A stretch of DNA of 63,961 nucleotides, the filler included, from an uncultured bacterium (GTDB lineage Bacteria; CAYJOG01), in assembly GCA_964371695.1 (NCBI GenBank). It is 4 parts of 4 records of this genome, joined end to end, with 100 filler letters (N's around TTAATTAATTAA, not from the genome) between each part and the next. Parts side by side here need not be neighbours in the genome. Positions count along the whole stretch, not along the records: positions 48,444 to 63,961 come from CAYJOG010000017.1; 3 more parts are not named here. The stretch is one strand, 5' to 3'. Of this stretch, positions 49,704 to 60,868 are shown piece by piece. The translations under genes were made by a program, and so were the position numbers. Numbering within the stretch: the stretch's first letter is position 1; each line of letters starts with the position of its first letter. Under the pieces are notes generated by a model. It saw only the letters and a list, made by a program, of their open reading frames with translations. It did no database searches and had not been told where the DNA came from.

Positions 49704-50613
49704 TGTTTGCTCGTTGTTCTGAAGATTCGTAGCCCACCTCGGCTTCGGCGCCCAAAAGAGCCGCCTCAAAGGCCAGAATGGACTCATCGGCCCCCTCTGG
49801 CGCGGCTTGCTGTTCCGGCGGTGAAGGCGCGGCGGGCGCGGGAGATTCACCGGCCCCCTGGGCCTGGGGAGCGGCGGGTTCGGTGGCGACCCCGGCGGCT
49901 TCCCTGGCCTCGCGGGCGGCGGCCAGGGCGTCGCGCACGTCTTCCATCCGGCGGCGGGCCATGCGTTTGCGCCAGTCGTCCTGATCAATTTCGGGGTAGC
50001 TGAACAACACCAGGGCCAGCCACTTGCGGGCCTCCTCGGCCATCCCCAGGCGCAGCGACAACTCCGCCACCAGATAGGCGGTGCCGATTTCCTCAAGCCG
50101 TTTTGGGAAATCATGGCTGTTCTCGAACACCTCGCGGTATCGGGCCACCGCCAGACGCAGAAACTCCCGCTCGCCGGTTTTGTCCTGCGCATAACGATAA
50201 AGCCAGGCTGTCTTGAGGAAATGCGACGCCTGACGCGCCACCTTGCCGGGCCGCAGGCGATAACAGTGGCTGGCCAGGTGCAGATTCAGAATGGCGTCTT
50301 CCAGACTGCGCACCCGCTGGCGCGCCTCCATGCCCTGCAACATTTCCAGGCTCAGGCGGGCGATGGCTTCCTTCTCGGCCTGGGTGAGGTCAAAAAAGTC
50401 GTCGGGCGCGCTGGCGTAGTGGCACTGGGGACACACCCACACGCTTTCCAGCAGCGGATTGCTGCCCTGGTAATAGGGGCAGAAATCGGTGTCTTCCTGC
50501 ACCTTGCGGAACAGATAGTGGCGCATCACCCGCGCCGCAAACGTGTGGGCGCACACCGGGCAGGCGACGGTTTTTTCGTAAACCCGAAGCGGTTTTTTGT
50601 TTTTGCCAGACAT
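49696..50613 (-). CDS. DUF2225-like protein (Zn-finger + TPR-like)
   Basis: CPVC...DTDFCPYY...NP...VWVCPQC.Y, AWLYR and YLVAEL..RLG motifs. Confidence 0.8.
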   Translation of the reverse strand: MSGKNKKPLRVYEKTVACPVCAHTFAARVMRHYLFRKVQEDTDFCPYYQGSNPLLESVWVCPQCHYASAPDDFFDLTQAEKEAIARLSLEMLQGMEARQRVRSLEDAILNLHLASHCYRLRPGKVARQASHFLKTAWLYRYAQDKTGEREFLRLAVARYREVFENSHDFPKRLEEIGTAYLVAELSLRLGMAEEARKWLALVLFSYPEIDQDDWRKRMARRRMEDVRDALAAAREAREAAGVATEPAAPQAQGAGESPAPAAPSPPEQQAAPEGADESILAFEAALLGAEAEVGYESSEQRANNG

Positions 50614-50671
50614 GTTTTGGGGCGGAACACCGCCACAGGTTAAGGATAGCAGGCCGAAGGGGGGGGAACGT

Positions 50672-51691
50672 TCAACCCGGGGACAGATTCTGTCCTACAC
50701 GTTCAATGATGGCCTCGGCAAGAGATTGAAAATCTTTCCTGGCATCATGCACTGCCTTGGCGTGAGAACCGATCGCACCATCTGAAGCTGTAAGAGCAAA
50801 AATCGGCTTCCTGGCTTCTTGTCCCATGGGCACCAGACTCCTGTAGTGACGCAGCGTGGCCAAACAGTGAGGATCGGCTTCTGGGCGCAGCCCCGTCTGG
50901 GCGTCTGGCTCCTCCAGGATACTTTTTCGGTATTCATGCGGTATTCGATTAACCCAGCGGTCAAAGGCCTGAATGGGTCTGTTCAGGCGAACAAGATGCT
51001 GCTGAACGACATAACCCAGAGGTTTCATCTCACCGCGAGGAAGTTGGAATTCCGGGTTTGGATAATTTTCAAGACGCTTCCCCCATTCCTTTCGCCATCG
51101 GTTAAGAGTAGGCCCCAGGTTTCGCAAGCCCTGAAGGGAAAACAGGTCTGCCCCAAGAGGAACGACAACAAAATCAGACCCAATCATGACCGATCTGTTG
51201 ATTGCGCCAAGATTCGGGCCAACATCCACCAAGACATACTTTGCAGAAAAACAATCTGCGCCCTTTTGAGCGACTTGCCAGAAAGCTGTCAGCACCCGAA
51301 AGGCTCGATAAAGATCGGAACCCCCAAGGCTGTTTGGCCATTCGCTTGACAGTTTGTCTTCAAACCCGGACAGCGCCAAGTCACCCGGCAGAAGGGCAAG
51401 ATTTTCTGAAATGATTTTAAGATTGGGATCCTGAATGTCGCCGACGCGCGTAAGCGGCTGGATACACCGATACATCGTATCGGGTCCGGTTGGAGGTTCA
51501 TCCTGATCTGGCCACAGGGCTTCAAGCGCTTCCTCCTGAAGAAAAGCAGACGTAAGATTTGCCTGTGGATCCAGATCACAAACCAGCACTTTATTTCCAA
51601 TTTCTGCGAGCATCCAGGCCAAGTGGTAAACAAGGGAAGTTTTCCCAACACCTCCCTTGTTGTTGAAAAATGTCAAAACCGGAACGCTCAT
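50672..51691 (-). CDS. ParA/MinD-family ATPase (no adjacent parB)
   Basis: NNKGGVGKT deviant Walker A, DLDPQANL, DVGPNLG; ATGA-coupled to the upstream gene. Confidence 0.88.
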   Translation of the reverse strand: MSVPVLTFFNNKGGVGKTSLVYHLAWMLAEIGNKVLVCDLDPQANLTSAFLQEEALEALWPDQDEPPTGPDTMYRCIQPLTRVGDIQDPNLKIISENLALLPGDLALSGFEDKLSSEWPNSLGGSDLYRAFRVLTAFWQVAQKGADCFSAKYVLVDVGPNLGAINRSVMIGSDFVVVPLGADLFSLQGLRNLGPTLNRWRKEWGKRLENYPNPEFQLPRGEMKPLGYVVQQHLVRLNRPIQAFDRWVNRIPHEYRKSILEEPDAQTGLRPEADPHCLATLRHYRSLVPMGQEARKPIFALTASDGAIGSHAKAVHDARKDFQSLAEAIIERVGQNLSPG

Positions 51692-52902
51692 GGCAGGACC
51701 CTGACCGTCCAGAGAATGTTGCTTTGATTGACATTAAACTCCGGGTCTGGATTTCCATTTTTTTTCAACTCATTGCGCACCGTCGGTATACCGAACCCGA
51801 AGCCCTGAACAAACCCCAACACCTTTAAAGCCTCTGCGATATTGGGGTTCCTGTAATCCGTCACACCTGGTTGCCCAAAATTATTTTCGTTTACAATTCC
51901 AAAAGGACCGCCGGGGCTTTGAATTTCTATTCTATCATTAAACCAATAAACATGGATTGGCGCGTTCGTGTGTTCATAAGTCCTGTGCAAAACCGCATTT
52001 CGAACAAGTTGCTGAAGCGCGGGCAATGGATAAGTCGAAACACGCTTTTCAATCTCGCCGCTGGTAAAATCTACGGCTGTATGGTTATGCGCCTTCATCT
52101 TTTCTTCGATTCGACGCAAGACATCTCCGAGTGTCCCATCAATTTCCTGTTCATCAGTTACAGTGTCTCCGTATGCGTTTCCATCGATTCTCAGGAATTG
52201 GATATAGGCGCATGGGAGAAAATCTCTTGTGCAGACACCTAGCGTCAACAACCCCAACACCGTTGGAATTGGATCATCCGCAGACACGATCATCTTTGTT
52301 GCAGACAACTGTTGCTCATAAGTTCTTCCGTTGGCGGCCAAGTCATCTGGTGAAAAAGCAACGCGGAGATAGTCTTCAAAATAACTGCTGTTCAAATCAT
52401 TCAGTTTCGCATTCGGAACGGGCTGGACGTCAAAGGGTCGGTTCTTGTGTCGACGTTTTTCATTCAGAACAGATTCATCCTGAGTGGTTGCCACGGCTTT
52501 TCTTGGCCCGACTCTTATCAAAACCCTTCCCTTATACCGAACTGGGGGTGAGTCCGAGGGCTGAACAAGAATGACAGCCATTTCCTTTCCCTTCAGGAGG
52601 TGTTTTTGAACTGTAAGGGTAGGTGGGGGCAAGATGTTTCCATCTGACGTGAGGCTGCCCAGCTGTTGAAGCAGCTCATCCGTGATGGCACATCCGGAGG
52701 GGGAACCATCGTCCCGAGCGCCAATAAAAACAACACCAGCTTTCATGTGATTTGGAAGATCATTGGCAAATGCACAAACAGCCTCTCTGACCTTTTTTGG
52801 GGCATCTCCCTGAAAAGATTCTTTTCTTTCAACAAAGTCGGACTCGATGTCATTCAACATCTCCTCCAGGTCACTTTCCTGATAGGGGTTCATGTTCACC
52901 AT
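51688..52902 (-). CDS. Schlafen/AlbA_2 domain + RecG-C/HATPase-like domain protein
   Basis: ESDFVERKE, CAFAN, IGARDDG; NAVLHR.Y, RIEIQSPG, RNP.IA...G.G. Confidence 0.85.
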   Translation of the reverse strand: MVNMNPYQESDLEEMLNDIESDFVERKESFQGDAPKKVREAVCAFANDLPNHMKAGVVFIGARDDGSPSGCAITDELLQQLGSLTSDGNILPPPTLTVQKHLLKGKEMAVILVQPSDSPPVRYKGRVLIRVGPRKAVATTQDESVLNEKRRHKNRPFDVQPVPNAKLNDLNSSYFEDYLRVAFSPDDLAANGRTYEQQLSATKMIVSADDPIPTVLGLLTLGVCTRDFLPCAYIQFLRIDGNAYGDTVTDEQEIDGTLGDVLRRIEEKMKAHNHTAVDFTSGEIEKRVSTYPLPALQQLVRNAVLHRTYEHTNAPIHVYWFNDRIEIQSPGGPFGIVNENNFGQPGVTDYRNPNIAEALKVLGFVQGFGFGIPTVRNELKKNGNPDPEFNVNQSNILWTVRVLP

Positions 52903-52940
52903 TTGAAAAAGACCTCTTGCCTTTTAAGAAAAACAGGCGC

Positions 52941-54038
52941 TCACACGTTAAACCGGAACTGGCACACATCGCCATCCTGCATCACATAGTCCTTGCCTTC
53001 CAGCTTCAGTTTACCCGCTTCGCGCACCGCCTGCTCGCTGCCCAGAGCAAACAGGTCCTGCACCTTATACACCTCGGCCTTGATGAAACCCTTTTCGAAA
53101 TCGGTGTGGATGACCCCCGCCGCCTGGGGCGCTCTGGCCCCCACGGGAATGGTCCAGGCGCGGGCCTCTTTTGGCCCGGCGGTGAAATAGGTCATCATGC
53201 CCAGCAGGCGGAACGCCTCGCGGATGAGTTGCTCCAGCCCCGGCTCCTTCACCCCCAGTTCCTGCAAAAAACCGGCCCGCTCGCTTTCGTCCATGTCGCT
53301 GAGTTCGGCCTCCATCTTGCCGCAGATCACCACCACACCGGCGTTCTCAGCGGCGGCCTTTTCGCGCACCTGATCCACCAGGGCATTGCCCCCCGCCGCC
53401 ACGTCGTCTTCACCCACGTTGCAGCCATAGAGCACTTTTTTGGCCGTGAGCAGGTGCAGGTCCCGCAGGTGATCCTGTTCGTCTTCGCTCAGGCCCTGGC
53501 CCCGCACCGGCACGCCGCTGTTGAGTTTTTCCGCCACTTTCTCAAGCACCACCGCCTGCTCGCGCATGGCGGCGTCGCCGCTCTTGGCCTTTTGGCGCAC
53601 GGCCCCCAGGCGTTTTTCCACCGTGGCGAGGTCCGCCAGCATCAGCTCGGTGTCCACCACGTCAATGTCGTGCAGGGGGTTGACCTGACCGTGTACGTGG
53701 GTGATGTCCCCCTCTTCAAAACAGCGCACCACGTGGCAGATGGCGTTGACCTGACGGATGTGGCTGAGAAACTGGTTGCCCATGCCCTCGCCCTGGCTGG
53801 CCCCTTTCACCAGACCGGCGATGTCCACAAACTCCATCACGGCGGGCAGTGTCTGGGCGCTGCCGATGATCTTCGCCAACTGGTCCAGCCGCTCGTCGGG
53901 CACCTTCACCACACCCACGTTTGGCTCGATGGTGCAGAACGGATAGTTCGCCGCCTCGGCCTTGGCGCGCGTCAGCGCGGTGAAAAGTGTGCTCTTGCCC
54001 ACGTTGGGCAGGCCCACGATACCCATTTGTAAACCCAT
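52941..54038 (-). CDS. ychF: Redox-regulated ATPase YchF
   Basis: GLPNVGKS, NYPFCTIEPN, DIAGLV and FRFNV motifs. Confidence 0.97.
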   Translation of the reverse strand: MGLQMGIVGLPNVGKSTLFTALTRAKAEAANYPFCTIEPNVGVVKVPDERLDQLAKIIGSAQTLPAVMEFVDIAGLVKGASQGEGMGNQFLSHIRQVNAICHVVRCFEEGDITHVHGQVNPLHDIDVVDTELMLADLATVEKRLGAVRQKAKSGDAAMREQAVVLEKVAEKLNSGVPVRGQGLSEDEQDHLRDLHLLTAKKVLYGCNVGEDDVAAGGNALVDQVREKAAAENAGVVVICGKMEAELSDMDESERAGFLQELGVKEPGLEQLIREAFRLLGMMTYFTAGPKEARAWTIPVGARAPQAAGVIHTDFEKGFIKAEVYKVQDLFALGSEQAVREAGKLKLEGKDYVMQDGDVCQFRFNV

Positions 54039-54117
54039 GGCGGGGGATTATGGATGAAGCGCCGAAGCTTTGCAGGGCGTTTTTTATCTTGCGGCATGAT
54101 GTAAAATGGGTGGTTCC

Positions 54118-55971
54118 ATGAAAAGGGTCCAAATGGGTTTCAGAAGCACGCTGCTGGTTTTGGTGTTGGCCATGATGGGCCTGGCCGCCCCCGCCAAGGC
54201 GGCGCTCAACTGCAACGTAGACGCTGCGGGCAACCCCTTTCCCGACGTGGGCGACATCGCCGCCCTGCTCACCCAGACCACGGCAGCCACCGCCACCGGG
54301 GCCTGCGCCAGCGGGGGCTGCGACTTTGACGCCAGCGGCGCGGCCACCCCCACCAGCACGGATCTCGATGCGCTGATCAATGTGGTGCTGAACACCGACC
54401 CCGACAGCCTGTGCTCCGTGGGCATTCTGGGCACGCTTGAGAAAACCCCCGACACCACCACCAGCGCCCGCGCCGCCAGCCAGACCTTCCTCAGCCCCAC
54501 CCAGGTCAGTGTCACCGCCGTGGACCTGTTGAGCGGCCAGACGGTGAGCCTGCGCCCCGTCAGCCCCGACGGTTTTGGTGAGTTTCGCGTGCCGCTCGCC
54601 CCCACCAGCACACCGGCAGACGTGATGCTGGTGATCACCGACGGCAGCAACACCCTCAAGGCGGTGGCCGAGGCCGTGAGCACCCAGAGCAAAAACGTGG
54701 GCACGGTGGACTTTGGCAGCACTGTGGCGGGCGAGGTGTATCAATATCTCAAACGGGACCTGGGACAGACCCCCGTCCTGGCCACACTCAAAAGCCAGAT
54801 GAAAACTGCGGGCTACATTCTGGATGGCGCGAGCCACACCGCGCCCCCCACCCAGGCTTATCTGGATCAGGTCAAGGCCTGCATGAGCGGCGGGGGATGC
54901 GCGCTGTCGGACACACAACCCAAGCTGGCGTTCCAGATCATGGAAAACAACTACATCGCCACCTACTTTTTTGCCTTCGCCTATCAGATGTTCAACCAGT
55001 ATGGCCCCACGACCACGGCGGCCTTGGGCTTTGGCGCGGGCGGCGCGGCGCGCCACGCCAGCGTGACCTGCGCCACGGGCGAGACCCAGGTCACCCCCAA
55101 CATCTGCTTCAGTTTCACCACCGGCCTCACCATGGTGGACCAACCCGTGGACGGCACCGCCTGCCTCGCCAACGGCACCCTCAAACCCACGCTGATGAAC
55201 GAAACCGTGAACGGCAACAGCGTGCTTTTCAGCCAGTGGAAAGGCCCCATCACCATCAGCAAATGCGCCACCACCGACCTGCTGGAAAACGGCGTGGTGG
55301 ACATTGACCTGCGTTATCGCACCAACAGCAGCAACCTCAGCACCCAGGGCATCAGCATCCAGAACATCCGCAACAGCTCGCTGGTTTACCAGAGCAGTGA
55401 AAGCAGCCTGCGGGCCACGCTGGTGATTCCCGCCGCCGACGGCAGCGTGTGCATTCAGCTTTGCCCGGACACCTACGACTATGCCCGCGACGCCAGCATG
55501 GTGGGCACTTATACCATGACCTTCAACAACACCCAGGCCCAGCTCACCGCCCAGGGTGGTTTCAGTTATCCGGCGGCCAACAACGTGTTGATTTCCGGCT
55601 CGCTGGTGGGCAGCACGCGGGACACCAGCATCGTGAGCATTCCGTTTTCGGTAGACGCCAGCGGCAGCCTCACCCTCACCGCCGAGGGAAGCATCACGCT
55701 GGCGGGGGGCGCGGGCACGGTCGCCTATTCCAGCGCGCCGGGCCAGTTCACCTTCAACACCACCACCGGCGGCGCGGTGAACTTCACCGGCCCCCAGGGC
55801 ACCAGCGGCAACATCGTCTACAACATCAACGGCTCAGGCAGCGGCGGCCTGATCCTCACGGGCGGAAACATCGGCCAGCTCGCCTGGACCAGCCTGACCA
55901 AACGGGCCTCGTTGCAGTTCGCCACGGGCGCAGCACTGCCCAGCGCCACGATGTATGTGATATCGAAGTAA
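54118..55971 (+). CDS. Secreted hypothetical protein with N-terminal dockerin-like duplicated motif
   Basis: Signal peptide (AKA); NVDAAG..DVGDIAALL and DFDASG...TDLDALINVVL; T/S/G-rich beta-type C-terminus. Confidence 0.65.
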   Translation: MKRVQMGFRSTLLVLVLAMMGLAAPAKAALNCNVDAAGNPFPDVGDIAALLTQTTAATATGACASGGCDFDASGAATPTSTDLDALINVVLNTDPDSLCSVGILGTLEKTPDTTTSARAASQTFLSPTQVSVTAVDLLSGQTVSLRPVSPDGFGEFRVPLAPTSTPADVMLVITDGSNTLKAVAEAVSTQSKNVGTVDFGSTVAGEVYQYLKRDLGQTPVLATLKSQMKTAGYILDGASHTAPPTQAYLDQVKACMSGGGCALSDTQPKLAFQIMENNYIATYFFAFAYQMFNQYGPTTTAALGFGAGGAARHASVTCATGETQVTPNICFSFTTGLTMVDQPVDGTACLANGTLKPTLMNETVNGNSVLFSQWKGPITISKCATTDLLENGVVDIDLRYRTNSSNLSTQGISIQNIRNSSLVYQSSESSLRATLVIPAADGSVCIQLCPDTYDYARDASMVGTYTMTFNNTQAQLTAQGGFSYPAANNVLISGSLVGSTRDTSIVSIPFSVDASGSLTLTAEGSITLAGGAGTVAYSSAPGQFTFNTTTGGAVNFTGPQGTSGNIVYNINGSGSGGLILTGGNIGQLAWTSLTKRASLQFATGAALPSATMYVISK

Positions 55972-55984
55972 TACACCTGCAATC

Positions 55985-56452
55985 CTGCAGAAGCAGGAAG
56001 CTGGCAAAAGCAAAAGACCCATTGCCCTCTGGCGTCATTCCCGCGAAAGCGGGAATCCAGTCAAACATGGGCAAAAAACTGTTTTCTGTTTTCTTTCAGT
56101 GGGGCAGGCGTCCCGCCTGCCTTGAAACAAAAGACAAAACCCCTTTTTCTTTTATGGCGGGCGGGACGCCCGCCCCACTGCTGTTGGCATTGCGGGAGTA
56201 GCGGCGACGCCCCCGTCGCCGTGAAGGGTAAAAACCCTTGTTTTTCTTTGTGGTCTATGCACGGTAGTTGGCGCGGCAGGCGTCCCCGCCTGCCTTTTAT
56301 ATGAACGCAGGCAGGATGCCTGCGCCACAAAAAAAACAGAACAAGGTGGGAGACTTTTGTTTTTACTGGATTCCCGCCTTCGCGGGAATGACGCCGGGGA
56401 ATGAGAAGGCTTTTTTCTTTTTCCGACTTCCAGCTTCAAGCTTCCTTCTTCC
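55985..56452. repeat. Dense BIME-like array of REP-like palindromes between convergent genes
   Basis: ATTCCC/GGGAAT hairpins at 56034-56060 and 56366-56392 (opposite orientation) flank four GCAGGC.TCC.GCCTGC-type hairpins. Confidence 0.85.
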
Positions 56453-56513
56453 GTGAAAATGATGGATGTGAATGGGCAGAGTCTTCGCCCTCCAACCCAC
56501 CCCTGACGAATGA

Positions 56514-59500
56514 TTACCGCTGCGCATAGGCGTGAATGCTCAGCAGGTCGTCGCGCTCCACGTGGCGTTCCTTCAGGGCATAGAGCAGGGCGCGGGCGCT
56601 GTCCAGGCTGGTCATGCAGGGCACGCCGGTTTCCACGCTGGCGCGGCGCATGCGTCGTCCGTCCACCTCGGCCTGTCGGTCGGGCGTGAGCGTGTTGATG
56701 AGCAGCACGGCGTCTTTGGCGCGGATGCCGTCCACGATGGTGGGGGAGGGTTCCGTCACCCGGTGCACACGGCGGCAGGGAATGCCATTTTTCTCAAGAA
56801 AGGCGAAGGTGCCGCTGGTGGCCACCAGGCCATAACCCAGCTCGCAGAAACCCCGCAGAATCGGCAGGGCTTCTTCTTTGTCGCGGTCGGCGATGGTGCA
56901 ATACACATTGCCCGTGGGCGGCACAATGAAATGGCTGGACACCAGGGCCTTGTAAAGCGCGTTGGGATAACGGGTGTCCAGGCCCATGACCTCGCCGGTG
57001 CTTTTCATTTCCGGGCCCAGGGCCACGTCCACCTCCACCAGTTTCTGAAAGCTGAAGGCGGGGGCCTTGACGGCGATGATGGGGCGATCCGCCAGCAGGC
57101 CCTCGCCATAATCGTTGCCTTTCAGTGAGCCGCCCAACAGCGCGCGGGTGGCCAGCGCCACCATGGGCACGCCGGTGACCTTGCTGAGAAACGGCACGGT
57201 GCGGCTGGCGCGGGGGTTGGCCTCGAAGATGAACACCTGTTCATCCACCACCACATATTGAATGTTGAGCACGCCCTTTACCTTGAGGGCGCGGGCCATG
57301 CGGCTGGTGTAGTCCACCACCTGTTTTTTCACGTCATCCGAAAGCGTCTGGGGCGGATACACCGCCATGCTGTCGCCGCTGTGTACACCGGCGCGCTCGA
57401 TGTGCTCCATGATGCCGGGAATAATCACCGTCTCACCGTCGCTGATCACGTCCACTTCAATTTCTTTGCCCACAAAGTAGCGGTCAATGAGCACAGGGTG
57501 TTCGGGCGTGAGGGTGACGGCGTGGCGGATGTAATGTTCCAGTTCCGAGAGGTCCGACACGATTTCCATGGCCTGACCCCCCAGCACAAAACTGGGGCGC
57601 ACCACCAGGGGAAAACCCAGGGTTCCCGCCGCTTCAATGGCCTCGGCGGCAGAGAAAACCGTCTTGCCCAGAGGCCGGGGAATGTCCAGCTCGGTGAGCA
57701 GTTCGTCGAAGAGTTTGCGGTCTTCGGCGCGGTCGATGCTGTTCACGCTGGTGCCCAGAATGGTGAAACCCGCCTCTTGCAGCGACCGGGCCAGATTGAT
57801 GGCCGTCTGACCGCCAAACTGCACCACCACGCCATCGGGCTGTTCGTTGTGCAGCACCCGCAGCACGTCGTCAATAAACAACGGCTCGAAATAAAGCCGC
57901 GTGGAAATGTCGAAATCGGTGCTGACGGTTTCGGGGTTGTTGTTGATGATGATGGCCTCGACACCTTCGCGCTGCAACGACATCACGCAGTGTACGCAGG
58001 AATAATCGAACTCCACGCCCTGGCCGATGCGGATAGGCCCCGACCCCAGCACCACCACGCGTTTTTTGCCGGGCACACGGGGCACCACGGCTTCGTTCTC
58101 TTCGCCGGGGGTGCTGTAGAAATAAGGCGTGCGCGCCTCGAACTCACCGGCGCAGGTGTCCACCATCTTGAAGCCGCCCTCCAGCCCCAGGGCGGCGAAA
58201 CGCTCCCGCAAAACTTTAGGAGGCGTCTTGGCCATCATGGCCATCTGCGTGGGGGTGAAGCCCAGTTGGGCCGCCTCGCGCAGTTCGGCGTCGCTCAGGT
58301 TGCCGACTGTTTCCACCAAGCGTTTTTCCATGCGGCTCAGCCGGTGGATTTTTTCGAGGAACCAGGTGCTGATGCCCGTGTGGCTGGCCACCTCGCGCAC
58401 CCCCATGCCCCGGCGAAACGCCTCGAAAATGGCGAACAGGCGCTGATCGGTGGGGCTTTCCAGCAGGTTTTCCAGGTGCATGGGGGTCCAGGTGGCCGCG
58501 CCCGCCACGGTGAGACCCTTCACGCCCATTTCCAGCGAGCGCACCGCCTTCAAGAGCGCCACCTCAAAACTGCGGGCGATGGCCATGACCTCGCCGGTGG
58601 CTTTCATTTGTGTGCCCAGGTGGCGGTCGGCCATGTAAAACTTGTCAAAGGGCCAGCGGGGCACCTTCACCACACAATAGTCGAGCGCCGGTTCAAAACA
58701 GGCCTTGGTAACGCCGGTGATGGGGTTGGGCAGTTCATCCAGCGTGCGGCCCACGGCGATTTTGGCGGCGATTTTGGCGATGGGATAACCCGTGGCCTTG
58801 CTCGCGAGCGCGCTGGATCGGCTCACGCGGGGGTTCACCTCGATGATGTAATAAGCCATGGATTTGTTGTCCAGCGCGAACTGAATGTTGCAGCCGCCCT
58901 GAATCTTGAGCGCCCGGATGATTTTGATCGCCGAGGAGCGCAGCAACTGATATTCCTTGTCGGTGAGCGTCTGGCTGGGGGCCACCACAATGCTGTCGCC
59001 GGTGTGCACGCCCATGGGGTCCATGTTCTCCATGTTGCAGATGGTGATGCAGTTGTCGTTGGCGTCGCGGATGACTTCGTATTCCAGCTCGCGCCAGCCC
59101 AGCAGGTTTTTTTCTACCAGCACCTGACCCACCGGCGAGAGCGTGAGGCCGTCGTGCAGAATCCGCCGCAGCTCGTCTTCGCCATAGGCCGCGCCGCCGC
59201 CGGTGCCCCCCAGCGTAAACGCCGGGCGCAGGATGACGGGATAACCGATTGTTTTCGCGGCGGCCACGCCCTGTTCAATGGTGCTGACCACCTCGGAGGG
59301 CGGCACCGGCTCGCCGATTTCCTGCATGTAATCCCGAAACTTTTCCCGGTCTTCGGCGGTCTCGATGGTCCACAGCGAATTGCCCAGCAGCTTTACGTCG
59401 CATTCGTCCAACACGCCGCTCCGGGCCAGGTCCACCGCCAGATTCAGGCCCGTTTGCCCCCCCAGTGTGGGCACAATGCCCCAGGGGCGTTCCTTGCGAA

Positions 59501-59744
59501 TGATGTTGCTCACATAGTCCACCGTGAGCGGCTCGAAATAAACGGCGTCGGCCATGTCCGGGTCGGTCATGATGGTGGCGGGGTTGTTATTCACCAGCAC
59601 CACGCTGTAGCCCTCTTCGCGCAGGCTGCGGCAGGCCTGTGCGCCGGAATAATCAAACTCCGCCGCCTGACCGATGATGATGGGGCCAGAGCCGATGACC
59701 AGCAGCTTGGCGCCTGCGGGGGGCCGTGTGGGGGGCGTTGTCAT
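56514..59744 (-). CDS. carB: Carbamoyl-phosphate synthase large subunit
   Basis: [34 protein letters not shown]; duplicated ATP-grasp domains and MGS-like tail. Confidence 0.98.
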   Translation of the reverse strand: MTTPPTRPPAGAKLLVIGSGPIIIGQAAEFDYSGAQACRSLREEGYSVVLVNNNPATIMTDPDMADAVYFEPLTVDYVSNIIRKERPWGIVPTLGGQTGLNLAVDLARSGVLDECDVKLLGNSLWTIETAEDREKFRDYMQEIGEPVPPSEVVSTIEQGVAAAKTIGYPVILRPAFTLGGTGGGAAYGEDELRRILHDGLTLSPVGQVLVEKNLLGWRELEYEVIRDANDNCITICNMENMDPMGVHTGDSIVVAPSQTLTDKEYQLLRSSAIKIIRALKIQGGCNIQFALDNKSMAYYIIEVNPRVSRSSALASKATGYPIAKIAAKIAVGRTLDELPNPITGVTKACFEPALDYCVVKVPRWPFDKFYMADRHLGTQMKATGEVMAIARSFEVALLKAVRSLEMGVKGLTVAGAATWTPMHLENLLESPTDQRLFAIFEAFRRGMGVREVASHTGISTWFLEKIHRLSRMEKRLVETVGNLSDAELREAAQLGFTPTQMAMMAKTPPKVLRERFAALGLEGGFKMVDTCAGEFEARTPYFYSTPGEENEAVVPRVPGKKRVVVLGSGPIRIGQGVEFDYSCVHCVMSLQREGVEAIIINNNPETVSTDFDISTRLYFEPLFIDDVLRVLHNEQPDGVVVQFGGQTAINLARSLQEAGFTILGTSVNSIDRAEDRKLFDELLTELDIPRPLGKTVFSAAEAIEAAGTLGFPLVVRPSFVLGGQAMEIVSDLSELEHYIRHAVTLTPEHPVLIDRYFVGKEIEVDVISDGETVIIPGIMEHIERAGVHSGDSMAVYPPQTLSDDVKKQVVDYTSRMARALKVKGVLNIQYVVVDEQVFIFEANPRASRTVPFLSKVTGVPMVALATRALLGGSLKGNDYGEGLLADRPIIAVKAPAFSFQKLVEVDVALGPEMKSTGEVMGLDTRYPNALYKALVSSHFIVPPTGNVYCTIADRDKEEALPILRGFCELGYGLVATSGTFAFLEKNGIPCRRVHRVTEPSPTIVDGIRAKDAVLLINTLTPDRQAEVDGRRMRRASVETGVPCMTSLDSARALLYALKERHVERDDLLSIHAYAQR

Positions 59745-60868
59745 GATGGGTTCTCCTGCAAAACATCGCCCAGCAGGCCGTCCAGAAAACCGTTCAGGAT
59801 GCCGCCGCTGTCGTGGGGGCCGGGGCTGGCCTCTGGGTGAAACTGCACCGACCGGGTGGGCGTGTCGCGGTGAGCGATGCCCTCTACTGTTTCGTCGTTG
59901 AGGTGCAGGTGGGTGAGTTCGATGGCGGGGTTGGCCTTCAGGCTGCTGGCGTCCACGGCATAACCGTGGTTCTGGCTGGTGATGGAGACCCTGCCTGTGC
60001 GCAGGTCCTTCACCGGGTGGTTTGCGCCCCGGTGGCCGAACTTCATTTTGTAGGTGTCCGCCCCCAGGGCCAACGAGAGCACCTGATGCCCCAGGCAGAT
60101 GCCCAGGATGGGCACCTTGCCCATGAGGTCGCGGGCCGCCTGCACCACGGTGGTGTTGGCCTCCGGGTCTCCGGGGCCGTTGCTGAAAATCACGCCGTGG
60201 GGCTCCATGGCCAGGATTTCCTCTGCGCTGGTGCGGGCGGGCGCCACGTTCACCTCAAAGCCCCGGTTGAACACCATGCGGGCGATGTTGTGCTTCACGC
60301 CCAGGTCCACAATCACCACCCGCTTGCCGTTGGGCGGCGGCGGCGTGGGATACCCCGTCTGGTGCAGAAACCGGAACGCCGTGCCGGTGCTCACCTGTCC
60401 CACCAGGTCCATTTCAATCTGGGGCGGCAGGGTGTGAATTTTCTCCAGGGCTTCTTCTTTGGTGAGTTCGGTGGTGATGGCGCAGTTCATGGTGCCGTGA
60501 TAACGCAGAAACACCGTGAGCCGCCGCGTGTCCACGCCCGACAGCGCCACCAGATTCTGCTGCTCCAGAAAACGCTCCAGCGCGCCGCCCATGCGCCAAC
60601 TGTCGGGCGCGGCGCAGTTTTCGCGCACCACAAACCCCGCGCAGTGGGGGCGGGTGCTTTCCATGTCCTGATCATTCACGCCATAGTTGCCGATGAGCGG
60701 ATAGGTGAGCATGACCACCTGACCGGCATAGCTGGGGTCGGTGAGGATTTCCTGATAACCCGTCATGGAGGTGTTGAACACCAGCTCTCCCAGGCAGGTG
60801 CCGCTGGCCCCCATGGCCACGCCCTCCAGGCACTGGCCGTCGGCCAGCACCAATAGTCCGTGTTTCAT
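59741..60868 (-). CDS. carA: Carbamoyl-phosphate synthase small subunit
   Basis: [23 protein letters not shown] and QFHPE motifs. Confidence 0.98.
   Translation of the reverse strand: MKHGLLVLADGQCLEGVAMGASGTCLGELVFNTSMTGYQEILTDPSYAGQVVMLTYPLIGNYGVNDQDMESTRPHCAGFVVRENCAAPDSWRMGGALERFLEQQNLVALSGVDTRRLTVFLRYHGTMNCAITTELTKEEALEKIHTLPPQIEMDLVGQVSTGTAFRFLHQTGYPTPPPPNGKRVVIVDLGVKHNIARMVFNRGFEVNVAPARTSAEEILAMEPHGVIFSNGPGDPEANTTVVQAARDLMGKVPILGICLGHQVLSLALGADTYKMKFGHRGANHPVKDLRTGRVSITSQNHGYAVDASSLKANPAIELTHLHLNDETVEGIAHRDTPTRSVQFHPEASPGPHDSGGILNGFLDGLLGDVLQENPS

Noticed and set aside
57258-59840. Long antisense ORFs (e.g. 57258-59840, 3900-6194, 28833-30863, 44826-46517)
   Set aside because: Shadow frames of well-supported genes in high-GC DNA, with no recognisable motifs
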